Shown here piece after piece: positions 29,101 through 32,000 of a stretch of 32,000 nucleotides of DNA. Below the pieces are notes generated by a model. That model made no database searches, was not told the DNA's origin, and saw nothing but the letters and a program-made list of their open reading frames with translations. This stretch comes from Candidatus Saccharimonadota bacterium (GTDB lineage Bacteria > Patescibacteriota > Gracilibacteria > UBA4473), in the NCBI GenBank assembly GCA_963677105.1, contig OY781871.1, forward strand, positions 30,001-62,000, given 5' to 3'. Within the stretch, counting starts at the first letter, position 1. Every line of letters begins with the position of its first letter. The position numbers were made by a program, and so were the translations under genes.

Positions 29101-32000
29101 GATTTCGGGGATATTTGCTAATAATGCTAATAACCCTTCTAATGAAATATTTCCGGCAAAAATTTCTGCCAATAATCCATTTAACATTCCTTCTAGGGAA
29201 GAAGCCGTATTCAATGAATCCCATAGAGCTTGTAATATCCCAGCAAAAATTCCTTCAAATTTTTCACTCAATTCTAACTCTGGTAACGGCGGAATAAGTC
29301 CACTCGCAGAAACTTCTACTTTATTAAATTCTAATTCCGGAACTTCTAATTTTAATCCAAGCTTCAAAGCAGATAAGTCCACTTCCACATCAGGAACTTG
29401 TGGCATTGGAATGATCGGGAATTTCACAAGAGACAAAAGAATATTCTTGAGCCATGCAATCATAGATCCTCTCGACATAGATCCTCCATTTGCACTAGTA
29501 GTTGCTTTTGAGAATTTTTTTAACATTTCAGGAATTTCTGTCCAAGCCTTAATAGTCTTTTTCGTTTCTTCAACAAATTCCTCCCATTTCTCTACTGCAC
29601 GCTCATTTCGATTAATCCATTCTACCCAGTACTCATTAATGACTTCCGTCATCTTTTTTATATCTTTGTATAAAGCTTTGAGTTTCTTTGGAATCTTTTT
29701 CAGTTTTTTAATTTCTTTCACATATGACTCCAATGCTTCAATGTTTTTTTCTACCGAAGTCACAAACTCTTCCCACTTCTTTTCAAGTGGTTCAATGGTT
29801 AATTCTTTAAATTTTTCTTTTAAATCATCTTTCAATCCCTTTAAGAGTTCTCTCATTTTCTCTTCTTGTTCTGCTGCAGCTTCATCTAATGCAGCTTGAC
29901 GTTCCGCCTTTGCTGCTTCTGCTTGAGCCTTTAATTCAGCTTTTTTAGATTCAGCTGCATTTTCTACATCTGTCGAATCTGAAGCATTTTCTCCTGGTGG
30001 AATTTTTGAATTCAAAATTGCGAGAATTACTTTCCCATCTCGAATTGCCAACACATCCATTTCGTTTGCCGTGTTTTTCAATGTGTCAACATCTCCCTGT
30101 AAATCGGCATAAAACTCCTGTTGTTTTTTCAATACATCATTAAATTTTTGAGTTAAAAAAGCTTTTGCTTCTTGGTTTTTTTGTTCAGTAATTCCTGTTT
30201 TTATTTCTTCAAGAGCAGCTAAGCTTCTCTTTAGTTCTTCCAAATTGTCCTCTCCAATTGCAATAACACCTGCTTGTTTTTCTATTTCAGGGTTTTCAGC
30301 ACTTTCCCTCATTCTAGCAGTGGCCTTTTCTACTTCAGAATTCCATTGATTTGGAGTTGGATCTGTTAATGAATCTACTCGTTCTATTTCATCTGTCATA
30401 TAAGACTGAAGCGATTCATATTTTAACTTTATCAATGTTCTTCCCAATGTTGCTGGCAACGATTTTATTCTTAATATTGTTCCCATTGAATTATTCAATG
30501 AAAGTCGGATAACTAATCCTATTGCTGTCGCAGTGTTTGTGTTAGCAGTACATTCCTCTGTTGATTTATTCCATGTTCCATTTTCCAAACAATTACATCC
30601 TAATTCCATCCATTTCATCTTCTCTTTATGCAACTTCTCTTTTGCGTCTTTTTTCCATTTTTTTAATTCTTCTTTGAGACGCTCAAATTGTCCATCCGGA
30701 AAATAAGGATAATTTATGGTTATCTTTTTTCTTTTTACATCAACAAATGGAGATTTATTTAGACACGATAATGTTGGTTCTCCCTCCTCACACGGGATCG
30801 ATTTAAATTTTGGAAATTTTATTTTGAATTTTGGAAATTTGAAATTCGTAAATTCTCTCCACTGATCTTGCACCCATTGACTCAATATATCTGCCGCTTT
30901 TATTTGACTATTCGTTGGTAAACTTTTTCCTTTAATAATAATTGGAAGTCCTGATTGAAATGTAATTCCACTTCCTGAAGGCGCAAAGAGTTGTTGTAAA
31001 AATTCTTGTGCTGGTGTTGCTTCATTTGCTGGTTCTAAATCAGTACATGAAGTTTGTGTATCTTCCGATGATGATCCTGATTCAGAATTTCCTCCAGCAG
31101 ATGCTCCTCCACTACCAGAAGAAAATTGTGGAATAATCACAAAACATTGAGGAGGAAATGGAATTCCTGTTGGAGACATTGAAGGATCAATAACTGGTCC
31201 TCCACAAATTGCTATTCCTACTTGTAATGACGTCGTTGGAATAATATATAATCGAAATAATGAAGTTGGCATTGGACCTGCTCCCACTGGAGGAAGTTGC
31301 GGAGCTACCCAAAAAATCGGAAATCCAATCGCTGGAACAGGAATTGGTATTGCATATGGTGGGATATAAATACTTTGTGGTCCTGGAGCAAGAAACGCCA
31401 CTGATGGAATTGCATCCAACCAAGATGCTACTTTTTTAGCACCTCCCAACATGTTTAAAAGTGCTTCACCCACGGATGGTATAGCAAACATTATTGGTAA
31501 TCCATCATCTGTTTGTTCTGTACCTAAACAATCCAAAACATCATCGGCCGTTGCTTCTGCATCAAAATCTGATGGCAACAAATCAGGAAATACCTTTTTT
31601 GTTTCACGACTACTCATTCTTAAATATGGAGATGTCGGAGCATCTTTTACTGCGTCTGAACTTCTAGCAGGAACCGTTCCATTATTTTCCCCTGAAATAA
31701 ATTGTATTGTTTCAGCTGTTCCATCTGAATGCCATGCAACGGCTACATCATCTCGTGCATCATTTTTTTCAAAATCACTTACAAAATATCGTATCGGAAG
31801 AACTTCTTCCGCTATAGAATCCCAGTTAAAAACAATATTCGCATGAGCCGGAATATTTCCAATCGTAATTTGTATCACTTTCGGCAAAACTTTTATTTCG
31901 GGCAAAGTTTCACAAGAATCACATACAAATGAAGTTTCATCAAACTGAAATCCTACCGATTTAGGAAGAACAAACTCTCCTTCAGAATACGCTTGCTGAT
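26170..32000 (-). CDS. Giant multidomain protein of unknown function, partial (N-terminus outside window; at least 1,942 codons in window)
   Basis: Single open minus-strand frame from TAA (26170-26172) to the window edge. The track start at 31905 is a TTG, and the 31 codons upstream (..QQAYSEGEFVLPKSVGFQFDETSFVCDSCET) contain no stop. Recognisable pieces are a PKD-like domain (26938-27228), a carboxypeptidase-regulatory-like beta domain (26761-26928), an FG-GAP-like Ca loop (28156-28203) and a K/E coiled coil (29506-30423). Confidence 0.85.
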   Translation of the reverse strand, partial: QQAYSEGEFVLPKSVGFQFDETSFVCDSCETLPEIKVLPKVIQITIGNIPAHANIVFNWDSIAEEVLPIRYFVSDFEKNDARDDVAVAWHSDGTAETIQFISGENNGTVPARSSDAVKDAPTSPYLRMSSRETKKVFPDLLPSDFDAEATADDVLDCLGTEQTDDGLPIMFAIPSVGEALLNMLGGAKKVASWLDAIPSVAFLAPGPQSIYIPPYAIPIPVPAIGFPIFWVAPQLPPVGAGPMPTSLFRLYIIPTTSLQVGIAICGGPVIDPSMSPTGIPFPPQCFVIIPQFSSGSGGASAGGNSESGSSSEDTQTSCTDLEPANEATPAQEFLQQLFAPSGSGITFQSGLPIIIKGKSLPTNSQIKAADILSQWVQDQWREFTNFKFPKFKIKFPKFKSIPCEEGEPTLSCLNKSPFVDVKRKKITINYPYFPDGQFERLKEELKKWKKDAKEKLHKEKMKWMELGCNCLENGTWNKSTEECTANTNTATAIGLVIRLSLNNSMGTILRIKSLPATLGRTLIKLKYESLQSYMTDEIERVDSLTDPTPNQWNSEVEKATARMRESAENPEIEKQAGVIAIGEDNLEELKRSLAALEEIKTGITEQKNQEAKAFLTQKFNDVLKKQQEFYADLQGDVDTLKNTANEMDVLAIRDGKVILAILNSKIPPGENASDSTDVENAAESKKAELKAQAEAAKAERQAALDEAAAEQEEKMRELLKGLKDDLKEKFKELTIEPLEKKWEEFVTSVEKNIEALESYVKEIKKLKKIPKKLKALYKDIKKMTEVINEYWVEWINRNERAVEKWEEFVEETKKTIKAWTEIPEMLKKFSKATTSANGGSMSRGSMIAWLKNILLSLVKFPIIPMPQVPDVEVDLSALKLGLKLEVPELEFNKVEVSASGLIPPLPELELSEKFEGIFAGILQALWDSLNTASSLEGMLNGLLAEIFAGNISLEGLLALLANIPEIPEIPDVLASLDTLTNLLETIIALIPVLPVLPKAPILPDVALVMPPMVLPQLPSLIEPPVFPDFLKVPNLIMIVPKYILGLLSLICQGLVPVPEWMVAMSVVNATNRTLLLPLDFLAKLPPIPKLILPPLSFKLQWEFAQGLPSLVALLEASAAMFNCITTQLSNLSKGIITDSACFPLPMEPMSLAQNSSATKTIALLPEGNVFSEEELEIDMEPIKTFALESGIVPAHMRSWQVSTEPKILSIEDYPQSVPMNYNMDSVPDPQGEMQVEPRILWFDSAENKTNTVTNFPLQGRRFTSSRVDLDSDGVDEMLYAIDTQLFIKRRVLPEEEDDDFEVPQKLLEWDLSRFANGFTPSETVTSSVSADGSMLRFLPADTNDTAYFEWILSERPDRIFESAVPASKRKSKIWRRIGFLVRPPMTKYEIRSAGAQIKSVTGSPVMYGSPLKTIEKFSAAQCDDGDTQLPFFAEETIFVGKAEKSRLLVKTLARKGQVAEEREIELRKGEETVVDFAEVCLSRGDVQYLEFANEKRLIPKKKDYFFSGMRLELGTNDKVELDLFDDTNITLWGGEQYELHQFNSRKDLISSFKQLSRGNYYGQLIAFDKENKSWTRSKNLLHDPQSGDDVEAPRLELRRGTERSVLLGQKIELDASGSRDNQEIERVWWEVRGETMIDSQSNENSPQELLKILLPAEHHVGVVPVVLHVTDVSGNESVLSITITVKAPELELREASVRDLRVSGNVISGEEGIEVWFIRERDGRKEILSRTATSEENGSFVLENLSRTGGAVLRDKYTKKSRAEVLETGRPVLLDEKLTQTVQTATDEKSLNISLRENTGEEAAKLIFVAPEQSTFVLPKQEKLLDTKVSKTEVQLADAKKDSILWRKGVDGISELWDEEKQQVLGTIDSWGQFKSLVPDIYLQTQVSVDDTAPVVFEIWRNKILLAQFSHPVPRKIKITERVDETKEVLQNPDTKLEKKAF
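30802..30843 (-). repeat. Short tandem coding repeat FKFPKFK-I-KFPKFK inside the giant ORF
   Basis: Minus strand reads TTC AAA TTT CCA AAA TTC AAA ATA AAA TTT CCA AAA TTT AAA. At DNA level the unit AAATTTCCAAAATT occurs twice. Confidence 0.9.

Noticed and set aside
29006-29899. 297-aa plus-strand ORF, with further long plus-strand ORFs at 26519-27025, 27719-28339, 28391-28846 and 31451-31846, all antisense to the giant gene
   Set aside because: They are shadow ORFs. Their translations are low-complexity S/N/F/I-rich strings, the mirror image of the sense-strand K/E/L codons (AAA/GAA read antisense as TTT/TTC, which never yields stops). They have no recognisable motifs. They are wholly contained in the one continuous minus-strand frame, which does carry recognisable domains.
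1-32000. Alternative genetic code (UGA recoded as Gly, or as Trp), considered because of the AT-rich, small-genome look
   Set aside because: TGA acts as a stop at well-defined gene ends with ATGA overlaps (5906-5908, 9499-9501 on the minus strand, 19946-19948). All conserved proteins (PurF, PurM, PurD, MurB, MurG, DnaX, PilB, PilC) are full length under the standard code.
1-32000. Search for CRISPR arrays, IS elements, integrases, prophage genes, tRNA or rRNA genes
   Set aside because: I could see no regularly spaced direct repeats, no transposase-, integrase- or recombinase-like ORFs, and no GC-rich cloverleaf-like or rRNA-like stretches. The intergenic gaps are all 163 nt or shorter and are accounted for by promoters and terminators.

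Overview
AT-rich, very gene-dense bacterial chromosome segment, roughly 95% coding by my calls. The standard code applies: TGA is a working stop, with ATGA overlaps at 5905-5908, 9499-9502 and 19945-19948. I found no rRNA, tRNA, CRISPR array, transposase or integrase. Most genes are housekeeping: the 3' part of a V/A-type ATPase D subunit, clpP, rpiB, purF, purM, purD, hpf, recO, ftsX, murB, truB, rpsF-rpsR, ftsW-murG, dnaX and secE-nusG-rplK-rplA. secE (58 aa) is missing from the supplied ORF track. No gene start I inspected has a Shine-Dalgarno motif. Among these sit envelope and surface genes: a discoidin-like protein with thrombospondin type-3 repeats, an Ivy-like lysozyme-inhibitor homologue (CTPHDCG motif), a Wzz/PCP-like membrane protein translationally coupled between purF and purM, and a four-gene type IV pilus/competence-pilus-like module. 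The standout is a minus-strand operon at the right end, ordered giant ORF, TPR protein, thioredoxin. The giant frame is open from 26170 to the window edge, so it exceeds 1,940 codons and is truncated. I recognise only its C-terminal PKD-like, carboxypeptidase-regulatory-like and FG-GAP-like motifs. The rest alternates hydrophobic proline-periodic modules, a Gly/Ser acidic linker, a basic microrepeat and a Lys/Glu coiled coil of about 300 aa, and matches no family I can name. All family assignments come from motif reading by eye; no database search was possible.
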